From Balanoglossus misakiensis (lineage: Eukaryota; Animalia; Hemichordata), in the NCBI GenBank assembly GCA_040954595.2, contig CM082579.2:1-64000 (forward strand): a stretch of 64,000 nucleotides of DNA, given 5' to 3'. Positions 11,056-22,600 of this stretch are shown in pieces (positions within the stretch are counted from its first letter, which is position 1; each line of letters begins with the position of its first letter). Position numbers and translations under genes: made by a program. Under the pieces are notes generated by a model. That model ran no database searches. It had not been told where the DNA came from and saw only the letters and a list, made by a program, of their open reading frames with translations.

Positions 11056-14000
11056 GAAGGGGTTGGGTATCAGGTTGTCCTCCGCTTCCGGCCGTAGCCT
11101 GGCGGTCGAAGGGGTTGGGTATCAGGTTGTCCTCCGCTTCCGGCCGTAGCCTGGCGGTCGAAGGGGTTGGGTATCAGGTTGGCCTCCGCTTCCGGCCGTA
11201 GCCTGGCGGTCGAAGGGGTTGGGTATCAGGTTGGCCTCCGCTTCCGGCCGTAGCCTGGCGGTCGAAGGGGTTGGGTATCAGGTTGGCCTCCGCTTCCGGC
11301 CGTAGCCTGGCGGTCGAAGGGGTTGGGTATCTGGTTGGCCTCCGCTTCCGGCCGTAGCCTGGCGGTCGAAGGGGTTGGGTATCAGTTTGGCCTCCGCTTC
11401 CGGCCGTAGCCTGGCGGTCGAAGGGGTTGGGTATCAGTTTGGCCTCCGCTTCCGGCCGTAGCCTGGCGGTCGAAGGGGTTGGGTATCAGGTTGGCCTCCG
11501 CTTCCGGCCGTAGCCTGGCGGTCGAAGGGGTTGGGTATCAGGTTGGCCTCCGCTTCCGGCCGTAGCCTGGCGGTCGAAGGGGTTGGGTATCAGGTTGGCC
11601 TCCGCTTCCGGCCGTAGCCTGGCGGTCGAAGGGGTTGGGTATCAGGTTGGCCTCCGCTTCCGGCCGTAGCCTGGCGGTCGAAGGGGTTGGGTATCAGTTT
11701 GGCCTCCGCTTCCGGCCGTAGCCTGGCGGTCGAAGGGGTTGGGTATCAGGTTGGCCTCCGCTTCCGGCCGTAGCCTGGCGGTCGAAGGGGTTGGGTATCA
11801 GTTTGGCCTCCGCTTCCGGCCGTAGCCTGGCGGTCGAAGGGGTTGGGTATCAGGTTGGCCTCCGCTTCCGGCCGTAGCCTGGCGGTCGAAGGGGTTGGGT
11901 ATCAGGTTGGCCTCCGCTTCCGGCCGTAGCCTGGCGGTCGAAGGGGTTGGGTATCAGTTTGGCCTCCGCTTCCGGCCGTAGCCTGGCGGTCGAAGGGGTT
12001 GGGTATCAGGTTGGCCTCCGCTTCCGGCCGTAGCCTGGCGGTCGAAGGGGTTGGGTATCAGGTTGGCCTCCGCTTCCGGCCGTAGCCTGGCGGTCGAAGG
12101 GGTTGGGTATCAGTTTGGCCTCCGCTTCCGGCCGTAGCCTGGCGGTCGAAGGGGTTGGGTATCAGTTTGGCCTCCGCTTCCGGCCGTAGCCTGGCGGTCG
12201 AAGGGGTTGGGTATCAGTTTGGCCTCCGCTTCCGGCCGTAGCCTGGCGGTCGAAGGGGTTGGGTATCAGGTTGGCCTCCGCTTCCGGCCGTAGCCTGGCG
12301 GTCGAAGGGGTTGGGTATCAGGTTGGCCTCCGCTTCCGGCCGTAGCCTGGCGGTCGAAGGGGTTGGGTATCAGGTTGGCCTCCGCTTCCGGCCGTAGCCT
12401 GGCGGTCGAAGGGGTTGGGTATCAGGTTGGCCTCCGCTTCCGGCCGTAGCCTGGCGGTCGAAGGGGTTGGGTATCAGGTTGGCCTCCGCTTCCGGCCGTA
12501 GCCTGGCGGTCGAAGGGGTTGGGTATCAGGTTGGCCTCCGCTTCCGGCCGTAGCCTGGCGGTCGAAGGGGTTGGGTATCAGGTTGGCCTCCGCTTCCGGC
12601 CGTAGCCTGGCGGTCGAAGGGGTTGGGTATCAGGTTGGCCTCCGCTTCCGGCCGTAGCCTGGCGGTCGAAGGGGTTGGGTATCAGGTTGGCCTCCGCTTC
12701 CGGCCGTAGCCTGGCGGTCGAAGGGGTTGGGTATCAGGTTGGCCTCCGCTTCCGGCCGTAGCCTGGCGGTCGAAGGGGTTGGGTATCAGGTTGGCCTCCG
12801 CTTCCGGCCGTAGCCTGGCGGTCGAAGGGGTTGGGTATCAGGTTGGCCTCCGCTTCCGGCCGTAGCCTGGCGGTCGAAGGGGTTGGGTATCAGGTTGGCC
12901 TCCGCTTCCGGCCGTAGCCTGGCGGTCGAAGGGGTTGGGTATCAGGTTGGCCTCCGCTTCCGGCCGTAGCCTGGCGGTCGAAGGGGTTGGGTATCAGGTT
13001 GGCCTCCGCTTCCGGCCGTAGCCTGGCGGTCGAAGGGGTTGGGTATCAGGTTGGCCTCCGCTTCCGGCCGTAGCCTGGCGGTCGAAGGGGTTGGGTATCA
13101 GGTTGGCCTCCGCTTCCGGCCGTAGCCTGGCGGTCGAAGGGGTTGGGTATCAGGTTGGCCTCCGCTTCCGGCCGTAGCCTGGCGGTCGAAGGGGTTGGGT
13201 ATCAGGTTGGCCTCCGCTTCCGGCCGTAGCCTGGCGGTCGAAGGAGTTGGGTATCAGGTTGGCCTCCGCTTCCGGCCGTAGCCTGGCGGTCGAAGGGATT
13301 GGGTATCAGGTTGGCCTCCGCTTCCGGCCGTAGCCTGGCGGTCGAAGGGGTTGGGTATCAGGTTGGCCTCCGCTTCCGGCCGTAGCCTGGCGGTCGAAGG
13401 GGTTGGGTATCAGGTTGGCCTCCGCTTCCGGCCGTAGCCTGGCGGTCGAAGGGGTTGGGTATCAGGTTGGCCTCCGCTTCCGGCCGTAGCCTGGCGGTCG
13501 AAGGGGTTGGGTATCAGGTTGGCCTCCGCTTCCGGCCGTAGCCTGGCGGTCGAAGGGGTTGGGTATCAGGTTGGCCTCCGCTTCCGGCCGTAGCCTGGCG
13601 GTCGAAGGGGTTGGGTATCAGGTTGGCCTCCGCTTCCGGCCGTAGCCTGGCGGTCGAAGGGGTTGGGTATCAGGTTGGCCTCCGCTTCCGGCCGTAGCCT
13701 GGCGGTCGAAGGGGTTGGGTATCAGGTTGGCCTCCGCTTCCGGCCGTAGCCTGGCGGTCGAAGGGGTTGGGTATCAGGTTGGCCTCCGCTTCCGGCCGTA
13801 GCCTGGCGGTCGAAGGGGTTGGGTATCAGGTTGGCCTCCGCTTCCGGCCGTAGCCTGGCGGTCGAAGGGGTTGGGTATCAGGTTGGCCTCCGCTTCCGGC
13901 CGTAGCCTGGCGGTCGAAGGGGTTGGGTATCAGGTTGGCCTCCGCTTCCGGCCGTAGCCTGGCGGTCGAAGGGGTTGGGTATCAGGTGGGCCTCCGCTTC

Positions 14001-14667
14001 CGGCCGTAGCCTGGCGGTCGAAGGGGTTGGGTATCAGGTGGGCCTCCGCTTCCGGCCGTAGCCTGGCGGTCGAAGGGGTTGGGTATCAGGTGGGCCTCCG
14101 CTTCCGGCCGTAGCCTGGCGGTCGAAGGGGTTGGGTATCAGGTGGGCCTCCGCTTCCGGCCGTAGCCTGGCGGTCGAAGGGGTTGGGTATCAGGTGGGCC
14201 TCCGCTTCCGGCCGTAGCCTGGCGGTCGAAGGGGTTGGGTATCAGGTGGGCCTCCGCTTCCGGCCGTAGCCTGGCGGTCGAAGGGGTTGGGTATCAGGTG
14301 GGCCTCCGCTTCCGGCCGTAGCCTGGCGGTCGAAGGGGTTGGGTATCAGGTTGGCCTCCGCTTCCGGCCGTAGCCTGGCGGTCGAAGGGGTTGGGTATCA
14401 GGTTGGCCTCCGCTTCCGGCCGTAGCCTGGCGGTCGAAGGGGTTGGGTATCAGGTTGGCCTCCGCTTCCGGCCGTAGCCTGGCGGTCGAAGGGGTTGGGT
14501 ATCAGTTTGGCCTCCGCTTCCGGCCGTAGCCTGGCGGTCGAAGGGGTTGGGTATCAGTTTGGCCTCCACTTCCGGCCGTAGCCTGGCGGTCGAAGGGGTT
14601 GGGTATCAGGTTGGCCTCCACTTCCGGCCGTAGCCTGGCGATCGAAGGGGTTGGGTATCAGGTTGGC

Positions 14668-15092
14668 GTGGTGAATCCGGGCCAAGTTGCCGGCGACTTC
14701 CGGTCGTAACGGCGCGGTGAATCTGGGCCAAGTTGCCGGCGACTTCCGGTCGTAACGGCGCAAGAATCTGGGCCAAGTTGCCGGAGACTTCCTGTGAATC
14801 CGGGCCAAGTTGCGGCAACTTCCGGTCGTAACGGCGCGGTGAATCAGGGCCAAGTTGCCGGCGACTTCCGGTGGTAACGGTGCGGTGAATCTGGGCCAAG
14901 TTGCCGGCGACTTCCGGTCGTAACGGCGCAAGAATCTGGGCCAAGTTGCCGGAGACTTCCTGTGAATCCGGGCCAAGTTGCGGCGACTTCCGGTCGTAAC
15001 AGCGGGGTGAATCAGGGCCAAGTTGCCGGCGACTTCCGGTGGTAACGGCGCGGTGAATCTGGGCCAAGTTGCCGGCGACTTCCGGTCGTAAC
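14668..15092 (+). repeat. 425-bp cassette 2
   Basis: Same junctions, length and unit order as cassette 1. Confidence 0.93.
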
Positions 15093-15948
15093 GAAGGGGT
15101 TGGGTATCAGGTTGGCCTCCACTTCCGGCCGTAGCCTGGCGGTCGAAGGGGTTGGGTATCAGGTTGGCCTCCACTTCCGGCCGTAGCCTGGCGGTCGAAG
15201 GGGTTGGGTATCAGGTTGGCCTCCACTTCCGGCCGTAGCCTGGCGGTCGAAGGGGTTGGGTATCAGGTTGGCCTCCACTTCCGGCCGTAGCCTGGCGGTC
15301 GAAGGGGTTGGGTATCAGGTTGGCCTCCACTTCCGGCCGTAGCCTGGCGGTCGAAGGGGTTGGGTATCAGGTTGGCCTCCACTTCCGGCCGTAGCCTGGC
15401 GGTCGAAGGGGTTGGGTATCAGTTTGGCCTCCACTTCCGGCCGTAGCCTGGCGGTCGAAGGGGTTGGGTATCAGGTTGGCCTCCACTTCCGGCCGTAGCC
15501 TGGCGGTCGAAGGGGTTGGGTATCAGGTTGGCCTCCACTTCCGGCCGTAGCCTGGCGGTCGAAGGGGTTGGGTATCTGGTTGGCCTCCACTTCCGGCCGT
15601 AGCCTGGCGGTCGAAGGGGTTGGGTATCTGGTTGGCCTCCACTTCCGGCCGTAGCCTGGCGGTCGAAGGGGTTGGGTATCAGGTTGGCCTCCACTTCCGG
15701 CCGTAGCCTGGCGGTCGAAGGGGTTGGGTATCAGGTTGGCCTCCACTTCCGGCCGTAGCCTGGCGGTCGAAGGGGTTGGGTATCTGGTTGGCCTCCACTT
15801 CCGGCCCTAGCCTGGCGGTCGAAGGGGTTGGCTATCTGGTTGGCCTCCACTTCCGGCCGTAGCCTGGCGGTCGAAGGGGTTGGGTATCAGGTTGGCCTCC
15901 ACTTCCGGCCGTAGCCTGGCGGTCGAAGGGGTTGGGTATCTGGTTGGC

Positions 15949-16373
15949 GTGGTGAATCCGGGCCAAGTTGCCGGCGACTTCCGGTCGTAACGGCGCGGTG
16001 AATCTGGGCCAAGTTGCCGGCGACTTCCGGTCGTAACGGCGCAAGAATCTGGGCCAAGTTGCCGGAGACTTCCTGTGAATCCGGGCCAAGTTGCGGCAAC
16101 TTCCGGTCGTAACGGCGCGGTGAATCAGGGCCAAGTTGCCGGCGACTTCCGGTGGTAACGGTGCGGTGAATCTGGGCCAAGTTGCCGGCGACTTCCGGTC
16201 GTAACGGCGCAAGAATCTGGGCCAAGTTGCCGGAGACTTCCTGTGAATCCGGGCCAAGTTGCGGCGACTTCCGGTCGTAACAGCGCGGTGAATCAGGGCC
16301 AAGTTGCCGGCGACTTCCGGTCGTAACGGCGCGGTGAATCTGGGCCAAGTTGCCGGCGACTTCCGGTCGTAAC
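15949..16373 (+). repeat. 425-bp cassette 3
   Basis: Same junctions, length and unit order as cassette 1. Confidence 0.93.
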
Positions 16374-16865
16374 GAAGGGGTTGGGTATCAGGTTGGCCTC
16401 CACTTCCGGCCGTAGCCTGGCGGTCGAAGGGGTTGGGTATCAGGTTGGCCTCCACTTCCGGCCGTAGCCTGGCGGTCGAAGGGGTTGGGTATCAGGTTGG
16501 CCTCCACTTCCGGCCGTAGCCTGGCGGTCGAAGGGGTTGGGTATCAGGTTGGCCTCCACTTCCGGCCTTAGCCTGGCGGTCGAAGGGGTTGGGTATCAGG
16601 TTGGCCTCCACTTCCGGCCGTAGCCTGGCGGTCGAAGGGGTTGGGTATCAGGTTGGCCTCCACTTCCGGCCGTAGCCTGGCGGTCGAAGGGGTTGGGTAT
16701 CTGGTTGGCCTCCACTTCCGGCCGTAGCCTGGCGGTCGAAGGGGTTGGGTATCTGGTTGGCCTCCACTTCCGGCCGTAGCCTGGCGGTCGAAGGGGTTGG
16801 GTATCAGGTTGGCCTCCACTTCCGGCCGTAGCCTAGCGGTCGAAGGGGTTGGGTATCTGGTTGGC

Positions 16866-17290
16866 GTGGTGAATCCGGGCCAAGTTGCCGGCGACTTCCG
16901 GTCGTAACGGCGCGGTGAATCTGGGCCAAGTTGCCGGCGACTTCCGGTCGTAACGGCGCAAGAATCTGGGCCAAGTTGCCGGAGACTTCCTGTGCATCCT
17001 GGCCAAGTTGCGGCAACTTCCGGTCGTAACGGCGCGGTGAATCAGGGCCAAGTTGCCGGCGACTTCCGGTGGTAACGGTGCGGTGAATCTGGGCCAAGTT
17101 GCCGGCGACTTCCGGTCGTAACGGCGCAAGAATCTGGGCCAAGTTGCCGGAGACTTCCTGTGAATCCGGGCCAAGTTGCGGCGACTTCCGGTCGTAACAG
17201 CGCGGTGAATCAGGGCCAAGTTGCCGGCGACTTCCGGTGGTAACGGCGCGGTGAATCTGGGCCAAGTTGCCGGCGACTTCCGGTCGTAAC
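16866..17290 (+). repeat. 425-bp cassette 4
   Basis: Same junctions and length as cassette 1; private variant TGTGCATCCTGG near 16995. Confidence 0.93.
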
Positions 17291-17886
17291 GAAGGGGTTG
17301 GGTATCAGGTTGGCCTCCACTTCCGGCCGTAGCCTGGCGGTCGAAGGGGTTGGGTATCAGGTTGGCCTCCACTTCCGGCCGTAGCCTGGCGGTCGAAGGG
17401 GTTGGGTATCAGGTTGGCCTCCACTTCCGGCCGTAGCCTTGCGGTCGAAGGGGTTGGGTATCTGGTTGGCCTCCACTTCCGGCCGTAGCCTGGCGGTCGA
17501 AGGGGTTGGGTATCTGGTTGGCCTCCACTTCCGGCCGTAGCCTGGCGGTCGAAGGGGTTGGGTATCAGGTTGGCCTCCACTTCCGGCCGTAGCCTGGCGG
17601 TCGAAGGGGTTGGGTATCAGGTTGGCCTCCACTTCCGGCCGCAGCCTGGCGGTCGAAGGGGTTGGGTATCAGGTTGGCCTCCACTTCCGGCCGTAGCCTG
17701 GCGGTCGAAGGGGTTGGGTATCAGGTTGGCCTCCACTTCCGGCCGTAGCCTGGCGGTCGAAGGGGTTGGGTATCTGGTTGGCCTCCACTTCCGGCCGTAG
17801 CCTGGCGGTCGAAGGGGTTGGGTATCAGGTTGGCCTCCACTTCCGGCCGTAGCCTGGCGGTCGAAGGGGTTGGGTATCTGGTTGGC

Positions 17887-19441
17887 GTGGTGAATCCGGG
17901 CCAAGTTGCCGGCGACTTCCGGTCGTAACGGCGCGGTGAATCAGGGCCAAGTTGCCGGCGACTTCCGGTGGTAACGGCGCGGTGAATCTGGGCCAAGTTG
18001 CCGGAGACTTCCTGTGAATCCGGGCCAAGTTGCGGCAACTTCCGGTCGTAACGGCGCGGTGAATCAGGGCCGAGTTGCCGGCGACTTCCGGTGGTAACGG
18101 CGCGGTGAATCTGGGCCAAGTTGCCGGCGACTTCCGGTCGTAACGGCGCAAGAATCTGGGCCAAGTTGCCGGAGACTTCCTGTGAATCCGGGCCAAGTTG
18201 CGGCGACTTCCGGTCGTAACAGTGCGGTGAATCAGGGCCAAGTTGCCGGCGACTTCCGGTGGTAACGGCGCGGTGAATCTGGGCCAAGTTGCCGGCGACT
18301 TCCGGTCGTAACGGCGCAAGAATCTGGGCCAAGTTGCCGGGGACTTCCTGTGAATCCGGGCCAAGTTGCGGCGACTTCCGGTCGTAACGGCGCGGTGAAT
18401 CAGGGCCAAGTTGCCGGCGACTTCCGGTGGTAACGGTGCGGTGAATCTGGGCCAAGTTGCCGGCGACTTCCTGTCGTAACGGCGCGGTGAATCTGGGCCA
18501 AGTTGCCGGCGACTTCCTGTGGTAACGGCGCGGTGAATCTGGGCCAAGTTGATGGCGACTTCCGGTCGTGACGGCGTGAATCTGGGCCAAGTTGCCGGCG
18601 ACTTCCGGTCGTAACGGCGAGGTGAATCTTGGCCAAGTTGCCGGCGACTTCCGGTCGGAACGGCGCAGTGAATCCGGGCCAAGTTGCGGCGACTTCTGGT
18701 CGTAAAGGCGTGGTGAATCTGGGCCAAGTTGCCGGCGACTTCCTGTGGTAACGGCGCGGTGAATCTGGGCCAAGTTGATGGCGACTTCCGGTCGTAACGG
18801 CGCGGTGAATCTGGGCCTAGTTGCCGGCAACTTCCGGTCGTAACGGCGCAAGAATCTGGGCCAAGTTGCCGGAGACTTCCTGTGAATCCAGGCCAAGTTG
18901 CCGGCGACTTCCGGTCGTAACGGCACGGTGAACCTGGGCCAAGTTGCCGGCGACTTCCGGTCGTAACGGCGCGGTGAATCTGGGCCAAGTTGCCGGCGAC
19001 TTCCGGTCGTAACGGCGCAAGAATCTGGGCCAAGTTGCTGGAGACTTCCTGTGAATCCGGGCCAAGTTGCGGCGACTTCCGGTCGTAACGGTGCGGTAAA
19101 TCAGGGCCAAGTTGCCGGCGACTTCCGGTGGTAACGGCGCGGTGATTCTGGACCAAGTTGCCGGCGACTTCCGGTGGTAACGGCGCGGTGAATCAGGGCC
19201 AAGTTGCCGGCGACTTCCGGTGGTAACGGCGCGGTGATTCTGGGCCAAGTTGCCGGCGACTTCCGGTGGTAACGGCGCGGTGAATCTGGGCCAAGTTTCC
19301 GGCGACTTCCGGTCGTAACGGCGCAAGAATCTGGGCCAAGTTGCCGGAGACTTCCTGTGAATCCGGGCCAAGTTGCGGCGACTTCCGGTCGTAACAGCGC
19401 GGTGAATCAGGGCCAAGTTGCCGGCGACTTCCGGTCGTAAC
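17887..19441 (+). repeat. Expanded 1555-bp cassette 5 of the 46/45/32-bp family
   Basis: Same entry (GTTGGC|GTGGTGAATCC) and exit (GTAAC|GAAGGGG) junctions, but more units and more diverged units. Confidence 0.92.
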
Positions 19442-19673
19442 GAAGGGGTTGGGTATCAGGTTGGCCTCCACTTCCGGCCGTAGCCTGGCGGTCGAAGGGG
19501 TTGGGTAACAGGTTGGCCTCCACTTCCGGCCGTAGCCTGGCGGTCGAAGGGGTTGGGTATCAGGTTGGCCTCCACTTCCGGCCGTAGCCTGGCGGTCGAA
19601 GGGGTTGGGTATCAGGTTGGCCTCCACTTCCGGCCGTAGCCTGGCGGTCGAAGGGGTTGGGTATCTGGTTGGC

Positions 19674-22600
19674 GTGGTGAATCCGGGCCAAGTTGCCGGT
19701 GACTTCCGGTGGTAATGGCGCGGTGAACCTGAGCCAAGTTGCCGGCGACTTCCTGTCGTAACGGCGTGGTGAATCTGGGCAAAGTTGCCGGCGACTTCCG
19801 GTGGTAACGGCGCGGTGAATCCGGGCCAAGTTGATGGCGACTTCCTGTGAATCCGGGCCAAGTTGCCGGCGACTTCCGGTGGTAACGGCGCGGTGAATCT
19901 GGGCCAAGTTGCCGGCGACTTCCTGTCGTAACGGCGCGGTGAATCTGGGCCAAGTTGCCGGAGACTTCCTGTGAATCCGGGCCAAGTTGCCAGCGACTTC
20001 CGGTGGTAACGGCGCGGTGAAACTGGGCCAAGTTGCCGGCGACTTCCTGTCGTAACGGCGCGGTGAATCTGGGCAAAGTTGCCGGCGACTTCCGGTCGTA
20101 ACGGCGCGGTGAATCCGGGCCAAGTTGACGGCGACTTCCGGTGGTAACGGCGCGGTGAATCTGGGCCAAGTTGCCGTTGATTTCCTGTGGTAACGGCGCG
20201 GTGAATCTGGGCCAAGTTGCCGGCGACTTCCGGTCGTAACAGCACGGTGAATCTGGGCCAAGTTGCCGTTGATTTCCTGTGGTAACGGCGCGGTGAATCT
20301 GGGCCAAGTTGATGGCGACTTCCTGTGAATCCGGGCCAAGTTGCCAGCGACTTCCGGTCGTAACGGCGCGGTGAATCCGGGCCAAGTTGATGGCGACTTC
20401 CTGTGAATCCGGGCCAAGTTGCCGGCGACTTCCTGTCGTAACGGCGCGGTGAATCTGGGCAAAGTTGCCGGCGACTTCCGGTCGTAACGGCGCGGTGAAT
20501 CCGGGCCAAGTTGCCGGAGACTTCCTGTGAATCCGGGCCAAATTGCCAGCGACTTCCGGTAGTAACGGCGCGGTGAATCTGGGCCAAGTTGCCGGCGACT
20601 TCCTGTCGTAACGGCGCGGTGAATCCGGGCCAAGTTGCCGGAGACTTCCTGTGAATCCGGGCCAAATTGCCAGCGACTTCCGGTAGTAACGGCGCGGTGA
20701 ATCTGGGCCAAGTTGCCGGCGACTTCCTGTCGTAACGGCGCGGTGAATCTGGGCCAAGTTGCCGGCGATTTCCTGTGGTAATGGCGCGGTGAATCTGGGC
20801 CAAGTTGATGGCGACTTCCTGTGAATCCGGGCCAAGTTGCCGGCGACTTCCTGTGGTAACGGCGCGGTGAATCCGGGCCAAGTTGCGGCGACTTCCGGTC
20901 GTAACGGCGCGGTGAATCCAGGCCAAGTTGCCGGCGACTTCCGGTCGTAAAGGCGCGGTGAATCCGGGCCAAGTTGCCGGCGACTTCCTGTTGTAACGGC
21001 GCGGTGAATCTGGGCAAAGTTGCCGGCGACTTCCGGTCGTAACGGCGCGGTGAATCCGGGCCAAGTTGCCGGAGACTTCCTGTGAATCCGGGCCAAGTTG
21101 CCAGCGACTTCCGGTGGTAACGGCGCGGTGAATCTGGGCCAAGTTGATGGCGACTTCCTGTGAATCCGGGCCAAGTTGCCGGCGACTTCCGGTGGTAATG
21201 GCGCGGTGAAACTGAGCCAAGTTGCCGGCGACTTCCTGTCGTAACGGCGCGGTGAATCTGGGCAAAGTTGCCGGCGACTTCCGGTCGTAACGGCGCGGTG
21301 AATCTGGGCCAAGTTGCCGGCGACTTCCTGTTGTAACGGCGCGGTGAATCTGGGCAAAGTTGCCGGCGACTTCCGGTCGTAACGGCGCGGTGAATCCGGG
21401 CCAAGTTGATGGCGACTTCCTGTGAATCCGGGCCAAGTTGCCGGCGACTTCCTGTTGTAACGGCGCGGTGAATCTGGGCAAAGTTGCCGGCGACTTCCTG
21501 TCGTAACGGCGCGGTGAATCCAGGCCAAGTTGCCAGCGGCGACTTCCGGTGGTAACGGCGCGGTGAATCTGGGCCAAGTTGCCGGAGACTTCCTGTGAAT
21601 CCGGGCCAAGTTCCCAGCGACTTCCGGTGGTAACGGCGCGGTGAATCTAGGCCAAGTTGCCGGCGACTTCCTGTGGTAACGGCGCGGTGAATCCAGGCCA
21701 AGTTGCCAGCGACTTCCGGTGGTAACGGCGCGGTGAAACTGGGCCAAGTTGCCGGCGACTTCCTGTCGTAACGGCGCGGTGAATCTGGGCAAAGTTGCCG
21801 GCGACTTCCGGTCGTAACGGCGCGGAGAATCCGGGCCAAGTTGACGGCGACTTCCGGTGGTAACGGCGCGGTGAATCTGGGCCAAGTTGCCGTTGATTTC
21901 CTGTGGTAACGGCGCGGTGAATCTGGGCCAAGTTGCCGGCGACTTCCGGTCGTAACAGCACGGTGAATCTGGGCCAAGTTGCCGTTGATTTCCTGTGGTA
22001 ACGGCGCGGTGAATCTGGGCCAAGTTGATGGCGACTTCCTGTGAATCCGGGCCAAGTTGCCAGCGACTTCCGGTCGTAACGGCGCGGTGAATCCGGGCCA
22101 AGTTGATGGCGACTTCCTGTGAATCCGGGCCAAGTTGCCGGCGACTTCCTGTCGTAACGGCGCGGTGAATCTGGGCAAAGTTGCCGGCGACTTCCGGTCG
22201 TAACGGCGCGGTGAATCCGGGCCAAGTTGCCGGAGACTTCCTGTGAATCCGGGCCAAATTGCCAGCGACTTCCGGTAGTAACGGCGCGGTGAATCTGGGC
22301 CAAGTTGCCGGCGACTTCCTGTCGTAACGGCGCGGTGAATCTGGGCCAAGTTGCCGGCGATTTCCTGTGGTAATGGCGCGGTGAATCTGGGCCAAGTTGA
22401 TGGCGACTTCCTGTGAATCCGGGCCAAGTTGCCGGCGACTTCCTGTGGTAACGGCGCGGTGAATCCGGGCCAAGTTGCGGCGACTTCCGGTCGTAACGGC
22501 GCGGTGAATCCAGGCCAAGTTGCCGGCGACTTCCGGTCGTAAAGGCGCGGTGAATCCGGGCCAAGTTGCCGGCGACTTCCTGTTGTAACGGCGCGGTGAA

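Larger units (their letters stand above)
5266..19673 (+). repeat. 52-bp GC/CpG-rich subtelomeric satellite (~210 copies), interrupted by five cassettes of the 46-bp family
   Basis: Unit CAGGTTGGCCTCC(G/A)CTTCCGGCCGTAGCCTGGCGGTCGAAGGGGTTGGGTAT, period 52. Blocks at 5266-10630, 11056-14667, 15093-15948, 16374-16865, 17291-17886 and 19442-19673. Confidence 0.97.
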
